Positions 55,085 to 64,000 of a stretch of 64,000 nt of DNA are shown piece by piece. The translations under genes were made by a program, and so were the position numbers. The number at the start of each line of letters is the position of its first letter. The stretch's first letter is position 1. Source of the stretch: a bacterium (lineage in GTDB: Archaea; Thermoplasmatota; E2; JACPAO01; JAHFTW01); NCBI GenBank assembly GCA_040390065.1, contig JAZJZE010000005.1, forward strand, positions 277,170 to 341,169, in the 5' to 3' direction. The notes beneath the pieces are model-generated. The model was not told where the DNA came from. It saw only the letters and a list, made by a program, of their open reading frames with translations, and ran no database searches.

Positions 55085-55648
55085 ATGCCGCCCCTCGCCG
55101 CCGTCTCCCACCCCAGGGCGGAGTTGTACGATCACCAGGAAGGCCGTTGGCGCCACGTCGGCATCCGCTTCCTTGGAGCCGCGCGCCTCGCGCTCGGCGC
55201 AATTTTCCTGTGGGCGTTCCTCGACAAACTCTTCGGCTTCAGTTTCGCGACGCCACCGGCGCGAAGCGTGTTGCAAGGCGGCAGCCCAACCAAGGGCTAC
55301 CTTTCCGGCGCCGTCGGCCCCTTTGCCAACCAGTTCCATGCCATCGCGGGCAACCCCGTGACGGATGTCTTGTTCATGGCCGGTCTGTGCGGTGTCGGCC
55401 TCGCGTTGCTGTTGGGCGCCGGGGTGCGCATCGCCGGTGTGGCCGGTGCGTCGATGATGCTGTTCATGTGGCTGTCGCATCCGCCTTGGGCCGTCACACC
55501 GGCCGCCAGCCACCCATTCCTGGACGACCACATCGTGTACGCCTGTGTCCTGCTGGCCTTCGCCTTCCTGCACGCGGGGCGCGCCCTCGGCTTGGGCCGA
55601 GTGTGGCAAGGGCTTGCAATCGTGCAGCGCCACCCGTGGCTCGAGTGA
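55085..55648 (+). CDS. DoxX/DoxD-like membrane protein
   Basis: RLALGAIFLWAFLDKLFG, GGSPTKGYL, PFLDDHIVY. Confidence 0.8.
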   Translation: MPPLAAVSHPRAELYDHQEGRWRHVGIRFLGAARLALGAIFLWAFLDKLFGFSFATPPARSVLQGGSPTKGYLSGAVGPFANQFHAIAGNPVTDVLFMAGLCGVGLALLLGAGVRIAGVAGASMMLFMWLSHPPWAVTPAASHPFLDDHIVYACVLLAFAFLHAGRALGLGRVWQGLAIVQRHPWLE

Positions 55649-56056
55649 CTACCCGCCCTTTGTGGCGGCAAGCATCGCCATGGCCTTCTCGACGACTTGG
55701 ACGTGGCGCCCCTCTTCGGCCGCCAGCTTGACGAACAGGTCGCGCAAGGCAGGGTCGGCCAGGTCATCCTTGCGCCCGAGGTAGAAGCCCTGCGCCATGC
55801 GTTCGCAGTCGAGCATCGCTTGCAGAAGGTCGAGGGGAGTGAGGAGAACTTCCCGGGCCTTCACGTCGGCGTTGAGACGACCCAGCGCGGCCGTCAACGC
55901 AGCATGACCCGGTCCGCCCTGGAACACGGGCTGCAAGGATTCGCGGATGGGCCCGGGTGGGATGCGGCGCTCGAAGGCGCGTTCCAAGCCCTCGAAGGAA
56001 TCCTCCAACTGGTGGGCAAGGTACAGGAGGCGCAGGTCCTTCAGTTGCTCGTGCAC
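55649..56056 (-). CDS. Ferritin/rubrerythrin-like protein
   Basis: DCERMAQGFY...LFVKLAAEEGRH; GTG start. Confidence 0.6.
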   Translation of the reverse strand: MHEQLKDLRLLYLAHQLEDSFEGLERAFERRIPPGPIRESLQPVFQGGPGHAALTAALGRLNADVKAREVLLTPLDLLQAMLDCERMAQGFYLGRKDDLADPALRDLFVKLAAEEGRHVQVVEKAMAMLAATKGG

Positions 56057-56138
56057 GCCGGGGCAAGGCCCCTGCCTGATTTGGCCTTGCCTGGCAAGCC
56101 GCGACCTACTTGACGGGCCTCGTGCCATGCGATGCGCG

Positions 56139-58283
56139 ATGAACGGCGACCAGCCAGACGCCCGCCTGGCTGCAGGTTTCAGTCCCCGCGTCGTGGCCGT
56201 GGTCGGCGCGTCCCCGAACGGAGGCATCGGGGCGCAGGTGCTTGCCAACATCGTGGCGGGCGGTTTCACGGGGACCGTCTTTGCCGTGCACCCGACAGCC
56301 ACGGCCGTCGCGGGCGCCCGCGCCTTTGCCACCATGGGCGCCGTCCCCGGGCCGGTGGACCTGGCCGTCGTCTGCGTGCCGGCTGGACGGGTGGTCGATG
56401 TGGTGCGCGATTGCGGCCGCTGCGGCGTCAAGGCCGTGGTCGTCATCTCGGCCGGCTTTCGCGAGGCCGGAGAGGCAGGCGCCCGGCTGGAACGTGAATT
56501 GCGCGCAGCCGTGCGCGACGGGGGCATGCGCATGATCGGCCCCAACTGCCTCGGCATCATGAACATGGACCCGTCCATCCGGCTCAATGCGACGTTCGCC
56601 GCGACCCAAGGCCACGACGGCGGCGCGGCCCTCATGACGCAGTCCGGCGCAATCGGCATCGCGCTCTTGGAGCACACGGCGGCGACGCGCTTGGGGCTGG
56701 CCCGCTTTGCAAGCATGGGCAACAAGACCGACGTGTCGGGCAACGACCTGCTGCTGCTCTGGGAGGATGACCCGATGGTGAAGACCGTTCTCCTGTACCT
56801 CGAAAGTCTCGGCAACCCGCGAAACTTCCTGCGCATCGCCTCCCGCGTCGGCCGCAAGAAACCCATCCTCGTGCTGAAAAGCGGACGAAGCGAGGCCGGC
56901 GCGCGCGCTGCTGCGAGCCATACTGGCGCACTTGCGGCCTCCGACGCGATGGTCACGGCGCTGTTCTCCCAAGCGGGCGTGCTGCGCGCGGCAACGGTGG
57001 AGGAATTCCTCGACATCGCCCAGGCGCTGGAAGGGTCGGTCATGCCCCATGGTCCGCGCGTCGCCATCGTGACGAATTCCGGCGGGCCGGGCATCCTGGC
57101 AATGGACGCGTTGGCCGCGTCTGGATTGGCGCCAGCCGCCTTGTCGGAGAAGACCCAGAATGCCCTGCGACCGCTCCTGCCCGCTGCTGCAAGCCTCGCC
57201 AATCCAATCGATTTGCTGGCAAGCGGCGGCCCACGCGAGTACGCCACGACGATTGCTACCCTGGCAGAGGATTCGGAGGTCGACGCGATCATCGCCATCC
57301 ACACCCCGACAGCGTCATGGCCCGAGGCCGATGTTGCCCAGGCGCTCGTCGGATCCGCCCGCAACGCCGGCAAGAGCGTGCTCGTCGTGTTCATGAGCGG
57401 CACACGGCGGTCGCCGGGATACACGACGCTCCTCGAAGCGCACGTCGCGACCTACTCGTTCCCGGAGAACGCGGTGGCGGCACTCGGCGCCCTCGGCCGC
57501 CTCGACGGCTTCCGTCGCCGCGATGCGGGCGCGCATCCGGCCATCGGCGAGGACCGCCCCGCGGTGCGCTCCATCATTGCCCGCGTCGTCGCAGACGGCC
57601 GCGAGTGGTTGAAGCAGCACGAGGCCTTGGCGCTGGTCGCGGCGTACGGCATCCCAGTCGCACGCCATGCGGCCGTCACCTCCGTCGATGGGGCCGTCCA
57701 GGCGGCCGAATGGATTGGCTACCCCGTCGTCCTCAAGGCCGAATCGCCGAGGCTGCTGCACAAGAGCGACACCGGCGGCGTGCGCCTCGGTTTGAAGGAT
57801 GCGGCCGACGTGCGCGCAGCCTTCGCCGCAATGAAGCGGGACTTGGCAGGCCGCGGCATCGCATTGGACGAGGCGGTCGTGATGCAGCACGCCCCGACAG
57901 GGACAGAGCTCATCCTCGGAGCCACGCACCATGCCTCGTTCGGGCCCGCCGTGGCCTTCGGGCTTGGCGGCGTGCACGCCGAAGTCCTTGCCGACGTGGC
58001 CGTCGGCCTCGCGCCCCTATCCGACGCCGAATGCGGCCGGCTCGTGCGTTCCATCCGCGGTTGGGCCCTGTTGGCCGGCCATCGTGCGCCGCCGGCCGAC
58101 GTGATGGCACTCGAGGCCGCCGTGTTGCGCATCTCACGCTTGGCAGCCGACTTCCCGGACATCGCCGAATTGGACCTCAACCCGGTCGTGGCCTACGCGG
58201 TCGGTGGCGGCGCGCTGGCCCTCGATGCGCGCATCCGCATTGCGGCGGTTTCATCACCGTCTGCGGCCTCGCCGTCGCCGTGA
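56139..58283 (+). CDS. ADP-forming acyl-CoA synthetase (fused alpha/beta)
   Basis: VAVVGAS, IGPNCLG, QSGA, ASHTGALA phospho-His, NPIDL, HKSDTGGV, ELDLNP. Confidence 0.9.
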   Translation: MNGDQPDARLAAGFSPRVVAVVGASPNGGIGAQVLANIVAGGFTGTVFAVHPTATAVAGARAFATMGAVPGPVDLAVVCVPAGRVVDVVRDCGRCGVKAVVVISAGFREAGEAGARLERELRAAVRDGGMRMIGPNCLGIMNMDPSIRLNATFAATQGHDGGAALMTQSGAIGIALLEHTAATRLGLARFASMGNKTDVSGNDLLLLWEDDPMVKTVLLYLESLGNPRNFLRIASRVGRKKPILVLKSGRSEAGARAAASHTGALAASDAMVTALFSQAGVLRAATVEEFLDIAQALEGSVMPHGPRVAIVTNSGGPGILAMDALAASGLAPAALSEKTQNALRPLLPAAASLANPIDLLASGGPREYATTIATLAEDSEVDAIIAIHTPTASWPEADVAQALVGSARNAGKSVLVVFMSGTRRSPGYTTLLEAHVATYSFPENAVAALGALGRLDGFRRRDAGAHPAIGEDRPAVRSIIARVVADGREWLKQHEALALVAAYGIPVARHAAVTSVDGAVQAAEWIGYPVVLKAESPRLLHKSDTGGVRLGLKDAADVRAAFAAMKRDLAGRGIALDEAVVMQHAPTGTELILGATHHASFGPAVAFGLGGVHAEVLADVAVGLAPLSDAECGRLVRSIRGWALLAGHRAPPADVMALEAAVLRISRLAADFPDIAELDLNPVVAYAVGGGALALDARIRIAAVSSPSAASPSP

Positions 58284-59302
58284 AGGCGGCCTTCTTCGAA
58301 CGCCATGGCGGACTGGACGTCCTTCAAGTCGGCGAGCTTCCCAGCCGCGGCCTTGGGGCGGGCGACGTACGCGTCAAGGTCAAGGCCTGCGCCCTCAACC
58401 ACCTCGACCTGTTCGTGCGCGAAGGTTGGCCTGGCCTGTCGGTGCCGCTGCCGCACGTCGGCGGGACCGACTTGGCCGGGGTCGTCTCCGAGGTGGCGCC
58501 GGGCGCGGCGCGCGTGCGCGTCGGCGACGAGGTCATCGTGAACCCGGGCCTCAACTTCGCCGCAGGTCCTGACGGCGAGCAGGTCATCCCGCCCAACGTC
58601 AGCATCATCGGCGAGACGCGCTGGGGTGGCCTGGCCGCCGACTGCGTCGTTCCGGCCACGCACGTCCTGCCGAAGCCCAAGGCCATGTCGTGGGACGAGG
58701 CCGCGGCGATTCCCCTCGCGAGCATCACGGCGATGCAGATGGTGCGGCGCAAGGCCCGGGTCCGTCGCGGTGAACGCGTCCTCGTGGTCGGGGCTGGTGG
58801 TGGCGTCGCGGTCATGGCGGTGCAGTTGGCCAAGCAGGCTGGCGCCTGGGTGTGCGCCACGACCGGCGGCGCGGACAAGGTGGCGAAGGTCAAGGCCCTC
58901 GGCGCCGACCACGTCATCGACTACAAGGCCGAGGCCGACTGGTCGAAGGCGGCGTACCTCGCGACCAAAAAGCGCGGCTTCGACGTCGTCATCGATTCCG
59001 TCGGCCAGGCCACCTTCCAACACAGCGTGCGCAGCCTGGGACTCGGCGGCCGCCTGGTCACGTGCGGGGCGACGACGGGGCCGGCTGGGCAGATGGACCT
59101 GCGCCCCATCTTCTGGAAGCAGCTGTCCATCCTCGGTTCGACCATGGGGATCCCATCGGACCTTTCCGACGCCGTCGGCATGTGGCAGCAGGGGGCCCTG
59201 AAGGTCCCCATCGACTCCGTGTGGCGCCTGGAGCAGGTCCGCGATGCGCAGGCCAAGATGGCCGCAGCCGGCCAATTCGGCAAGATCGTGCTCCACCCGT
59301 AA
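58280..59302 (+). CDS. MDR-superfamily zinc-type dehydrogenase / quinone oxidoreductase
   Basis: ALNHLD, VVGAGGGVA, LVTCGATTG, ILGSTMG, FGKIVL. Confidence 0.88.
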   Translation: MKAAFFERHGGLDVLQVGELPSRGLGAGDVRVKVKACALNHLDLFVREGWPGLSVPLPHVGGTDLAGVVSEVAPGAARVRVGDEVIVNPGLNFAAGPDGEQVIPPNVSIIGETRWGGLAADCVVPATHVLPKPKAMSWDEAAAIPLASITAMQMVRRKARVRRGERVLVVGAGGGVAVMAVQLAKQAGAWVCATTGGADKVAKVKALGADHVIDYKAEADWSKAAYLATKKRGFDVVIDSVGQATFQHSVRSLGLGGRLVTCGATTGPAGQMDLRPIFWKQLSILGSTMGIPSDLSDAVGMWQQGALKVPIDSVWRLEQVRDAQAKMAAAGQFGKIVLHP

Positions 59303-59351
59303 CGGCCAGGGCCCAAGCTACGCTATTAAAACCGCCCCGGCCCATCAACGC

Positions 59352-59357
59352 TTATAA
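59352..59357 (+). promoter_or_regulatory. TATA box of the suf operon
   Basis: TTATAA, with a second TATTAAA about 30 nt upstream. Confidence 0.45.
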
Positions 59358-59456
59358 CCGCGCCCCATGGGCGAAAGCAGGCAGACGCAAGCCGCCGGCG
59401 CCGCCGGCCCATTGCAGAAGCCCAATCTGGTGGCATCACCAGGGATAGAAACGGCA

Positions 59457-60907
59457 ATGGCAACCACCGAAGCGATCGCTGCCGACCTTGCGCAGCAATC
59501 CTACAAGTACGGCTTCTCCAGCCCCATCGAGTCGGACACGGTTCCGCCCGGCCTGTCGGAGGACGTGGTGCGCCTCATCTCGTCGAAGAAAGGCGAACCC
59601 GAGTGGCTGCTGGAATGGCGCCTCAAGGCGTACCGGCATTGGCTTACCATGAGCGAGCCGACGTGGGCCAACATCCACCACGATCCGATCGACTACCAGA
59701 AGATCACGTACTACTCGGCGCCCAAGAAGCGCGCCGGAGGCGACAGCCCGAAGAGCCTTGCCGAGGTCGACCCGGAACTCGTCAAGATGTACGAGAAGCT
59801 CGGCATCAGCCTGAACGAACAGGAGCGCCTGACGGGTGTCGCCGTCGACGCCGTCGTGGACTCCGCGAGTGTGGCCACGACGTTCAAGAAGCAGCTTGGC
59901 GAGATGGGCATCATCTTCTGCAGCTTCAGCGACGCCGTGCGCGAACACCCTGACCTGGTGCGCAAGTGGGTCGGCTCCGTGGTGCCGACGACGGACAACT
60001 ACTTCGCCGCCCTCAACTCGGCGGTCTTCTCCGACGGCTCCTTCTGCTATATCCCCAAGGGTGTGCGCTGCCCACTGGAACTGTCGACTTATTTCCGCAT
60101 CAACGCCGCTGGGACCGGCCAGTTCGAACGAACGCTGATCATCGCCGACGAGGGCTCGTACGTCAGCTACCTCGAAGGCTGCACGGCGCCCATGCGGGAC
60201 GAGCACCAACTGCACGCCGCCGTCGTGGAACTGGTCGCCTTGGACGACGCCGAGATCAAGTACAGCACCGTGCAGAACTGGTACCCCGGCGACGCCAACG
60301 GCAAGGGCGGCGTCTACAACTTCGTGACCAAGCGCGGCAAGTGCATCGGCCGCCGCAGCAAAATCAGCTGGACGCAAGTCGAGACCGGCTCGGCCATTAC
60401 GTGGAAGTATCCCAGTTGCATCTTGCAAGGCGACGATTCCGTCGGCGAATTCTTCTCCGTCGCCGTGTGCAACCAATACCAACAAGCCGACACCGGTACG
60501 AAGATGATCCACATCGGCAAGAACACCACGTCGACCATCATCTCCAAGGGAATCTCCGCGGGGCATGGTCAGAACACCTACCGCGGCCAAGTCAAGATCA
60601 TGAAGGGAGCCGATGGTGCTCGCAATTACTCGCAGTGCGACAGCCTGCTCATCGGCGACAAGTGCGGCGCGCACACCTTCCCCATGATCGACGTGCAGAA
60701 CCCGACGGCCGTCATGGAACACGAGGCGACGACGTCCAAGGTCTCCGACGACCAGATCTTCTACCTGCGCCAGCGCGGCATCGGCGAACAGGACGCCATC
60801 AGCCTCATCGTCAACGGATTCTGCAAGTCCGTCTTCCGCAAGCTCCCCATGGAATTCACCGTTGAAGCCCAGAAACTGCTGGACGTCAAGCTCGAAGGCG
60901 CGGTGGG

Positions 60908-60911
<4 letters not shown>
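59457..60911 (+). CDS. sufB: Fe-S cluster assembly protein SufB
   Basis: [51 protein letters not shown]; alternative start 59367. Confidence 0.95.
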
Positions 60912-61651
<740 letters not shown>

Positions 61652-61653
61652 CG

Positions 61654-62991
61654 ATGGCCCAAGCCGCGCAGTCCCAGACCGCCGCCCCTCACCAGGCCTA
61701 CGTTGACGCGAGCAGCGACCTCGCGCAGCGCGGGCCGGGCTTCGTCCGTGAGGCGCGCGCCCAGGCATTGCGCACCTTTGCCGCACGCGGCTTCCCTACG
61801 ACGAGGGAGGAAGCATGGAAGCACACCTCCATGCGCGCCCTGGCCGCGACCACGTTCCGCCCCCTTGCCCATCCGGCGCGCAACCTCGCCGCCGCGGAGA
61901 TTGCCGCCTACCGTCTGCAAGGTGCGCATGAACTCGTGTTCGTCGACGGCCACTACGTCTCCGGCCTGTCCACGTTGCTCGAGCTGCCGCGTGGCGCGAC
62001 CGTGCAGAGTCTCGCCGCGGCCCTCCTGCGCCCAACGGAAACTTTGGAGCATCACCTCGCAAGGCACGCCGACAACGACCTGCCGTTCGTGGCCCTGAAC
62101 ACCGCATCGTTTGCGGACGGCGGCTTCGTCCACCTCGCGGCCGGCGTCGAGGTCGAGCCGCCCATCCACCTCCTGCACGTCTCGACGGACCCGCGAACAC
62201 CCGGGGCGTCGCACGTGCGGCACCTGCTCGTCGCCGGACCGCACGCACGGGCCACTGTCGTGCAGTCCTTCGTCGGTTTGCCGATGGGCGACGCGTCCCT
62301 GACGACGGCCGTCACGGAGATCGTCGCCGGCAGTGGGGCACGCATCGAACACCTTCGCCTGCAACGCGAGAACCTGCACGCCTTCCACGTCGGCCACGTG
62401 GCCATCCGCCAAGACAATGATTCGTCCGTGTCCGACCTGCTCTTCTCGGTCGGCGCCGCGTTGGCCCGAAACGAGGCCCACGTGGTGCTTGGCTCCCCTG
62501 GCGCCGAGGTCCGCCTGGACGGGTTGTTCCTCGCCTCGGGCAACCAGCACGTCGACAATGCCACGACGGTCGAGCACGCTGTGCCGCACACGACGAGCCG
62601 CGAACTCTACAAGGGCGTCCTGGACGGCGCGTCGCGGGGCGTCTTCCTTGGCAACGTCAAGGTGCAGCCGGACGCCCAGAAGACGGTGGCCGAGCAGACG
62701 AACAAAAACCTCCTGCTGTCGACGCGAGCCCTCGTCGACACGACGCCGCAGCTGGAGATCCACGCCGACGACGTCAAGTGCAGCCACGGCAGCACAATCG
62801 GGCAGATCAGCAAGGACGCCCTCTTCTTCCTGCGCAGCCGCGGCATCGGCGAGGAGGAGGCCCGCATCATCCTGACCCAAGCCTTCGCGCATGACGTGCT
62901 GGAGCACGCCCCCGCGCGGCTGCGCGGCCTGCTCGACGAATTGCTGGCCCAATGGTTCGCGTGCCGCAAGGTCCAGGGGGCGATGGGATGA
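61654..62991 (+). CDS. sufD: Fe-S cluster assembly protein SufD
   Basis: [29 protein letters not shown]. Confidence 0.92.
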   Translation: MAQAAQSQTAAPHQAYVDASSDLAQRGPGFVREARAQALRTFAARGFPTTREEAWKHTSMRALAATTFRPLAHPARNLAAAEIAAYRLQGAHELVFVDGHYVSGLSTLLELPRGATVQSLAAALLRPTETLEHHLARHADNDLPFVALNTASFADGGFVHLAAGVEVEPPIHLLHVSTDPRTPGASHVRHLLVAGPHARATVVQSFVGLPMGDASLTTAVTEIVAGSGARIEHLRLQRENLHAFHVGHVAIRQDNDSSVSDLLFSVGAALARNEAHVVLGSPGAEVRLDGLFLASGNQHVDNATTVEHAVPHTTSRELYKGVLDGASRGVFLGNVKVQPDAQKTVAEQTNKNLLLSTRALVDTTPQLEIHADDVKCSHGSTIGQISKDALFFLRSRGIGEEEARIILTQAFAHDVLEHAPARLRGLLDELLAQWFACRKVQGAMG

Positions 62992-64000
62992 GCCCGAAGC
63001 CGGCGGCGCGCAAGCCACCGTACGATGTGGCGGCGATTCGCAAAGACTTCCCGATTCTGGCCACGAAGGTCCACGGCAAGCCTCTCGTCTACTTGGACAA
63101 CGCCGCGACCACCCAGAAGCCCAAGGCCGTCCTCGTAGCACTCACCCGCTACTACGAGGCGGACAACGCCAACGTGCACCGCGGCGTGCACCTCCTGTCG
63201 GAGCGAGCCACGAAGGACTACGAGGACGCGCGCGGCAAGGTTGCCCGATTCATCGGCGCAAGCCAAGCCCAGGAGATCGTCTTCACGCGGGGCACGACGG
63301 AGGCCATCAACCTGGTCGCCAACGCGTTCGTCCGTCCGCGCCTCAAGGCTGGCGACGACGTGGTGGTCTCGGCAATGGAGCACCACTCCAACATCGTGCC
63401 ATGGCAGATGGCCTGCCAGGCCACGGGCGCCAGGCTCAAGGTCATCCCGGTCAACGACGCCGGCGAACTCGACATGGTGACCTTCGGCAAACTGCTTGGC
63501 AAGCGGACGAAGTTCCTGTCCATCACCCATACCAGCAACGCCCTCGGCACGGTGAACCCGATCGAGGACATCGTCGAATTGGCGCACGCCAAAGATGTCC
63601 CCGTCCTCGTCGACGGGGCCCAGGCGGTGCCGCACAGCGCGGTCAACGTCGCGAAACTCGATTGCGACTTCTTCGCGGCGTCGGGCCACAAGATGTACGG
63701 CCCGACCGGCATCGGCTTCCTGTACGGTCAACGCGAACACTTGGAGGCCATGCCGCCGTGGCAGGGCGGCGGTGACATGATCCGCTCCGTGTCGTTTGCC
63801 GAGACGACCTACAATGACGTGCCGTACAAGTTCGAGGCGGGGACCCCTGCCATCGCGCAAGCCATCGGCCTCGGCGCCGCCGTGGATTACCTGCAGGGCA
63901 TCGGCATGCAGCGCATCGAGGCTCACGAGTCGCAACTCTTGGCGTACGCCACACCGCTCCTGGAGGCCGTTCCCGGCCTGCGCATGATTGGCACCGCGAA
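62988..64000 (+). CDS. sufS: Cysteine desulfurase SufS; runs off the window
   Basis: Hand translation: [52 protein letters not shown]. Confidence 0.93.
   Translation, partial: MSPKPAARKPPYDVAAIRKDFPILATKVHGKPLVYLDNAATTQKPKAVLVALTRYYEADNANVHRGVHLLSERATKDYEDARGKVARFIGASQAQEIVFTRGTTEAINLVANAFVRPRLKAGDDVVVSAMEHHSNIVPWQMACQATGARLKVIPVNDAGELDMVTFGKLLGKRTKFLSITHTSNALGTVNPIEDIVELAHAKDVPVLVDGAQAVPHSAVNVAKLDCDFFAASGHKMYGPTGIGFLYGQREHLEAMPPWQGGGDMIRSVSFAETTYNDVPYKFEAGTPAIAQAIGLGAAVDYLQGIGMQRIEAHESQLLAYATPLLEAVPGLRMIGTA

Overview
A high-GC (about 67%, estimated by eye) archaeal chromosome segment. The gene set (rpl21e-rpoF-DUF655-ksgA, rps17e, Pus10, DTD2, RFC-L, PINA, ArcS/RaSEA, archaeal ribC/ribL) and the many lipoproteins and C-terminally anchored surface proteins suggest an uncultured Thermoplasmatota lineage (inference). 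It is mostly housekeeping and metabolic DNA: an actinobacterial Sdh1-type succinate dehydrogenase, riboflavin genes, methylmalonyl-CoA mutase, citrate synthase and a bacterial-type sufBCDS. I found no tRNA, rRNA, CRISPR array, transposase or integrase. The most unusual signals are: (1) a dispersed 112-119 bp three-hairpin repeat with conserved stems and different loops, found at two unrelated gene termini, each time duplicating about 36-38 bp of host gene end and leaving the gene intact; (2) a third ~120 bp duplication of a gene 3' end whose copies differ only by synonymous, hairpin-compensating changes, inside a GTAG-REP-like array; (3) three tandem surface proteins with variable N-terminal and constant C-terminal halves and identically spaced promoter boxes; (4) a lumazine synthase fused to a ~345 aa proline-rich disordered arm; (5) two paralogous 42-47 aa microproteins missed by the ORF track. 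All family calls come from motif recognition, not database searches, and start codons were chosen by eye.
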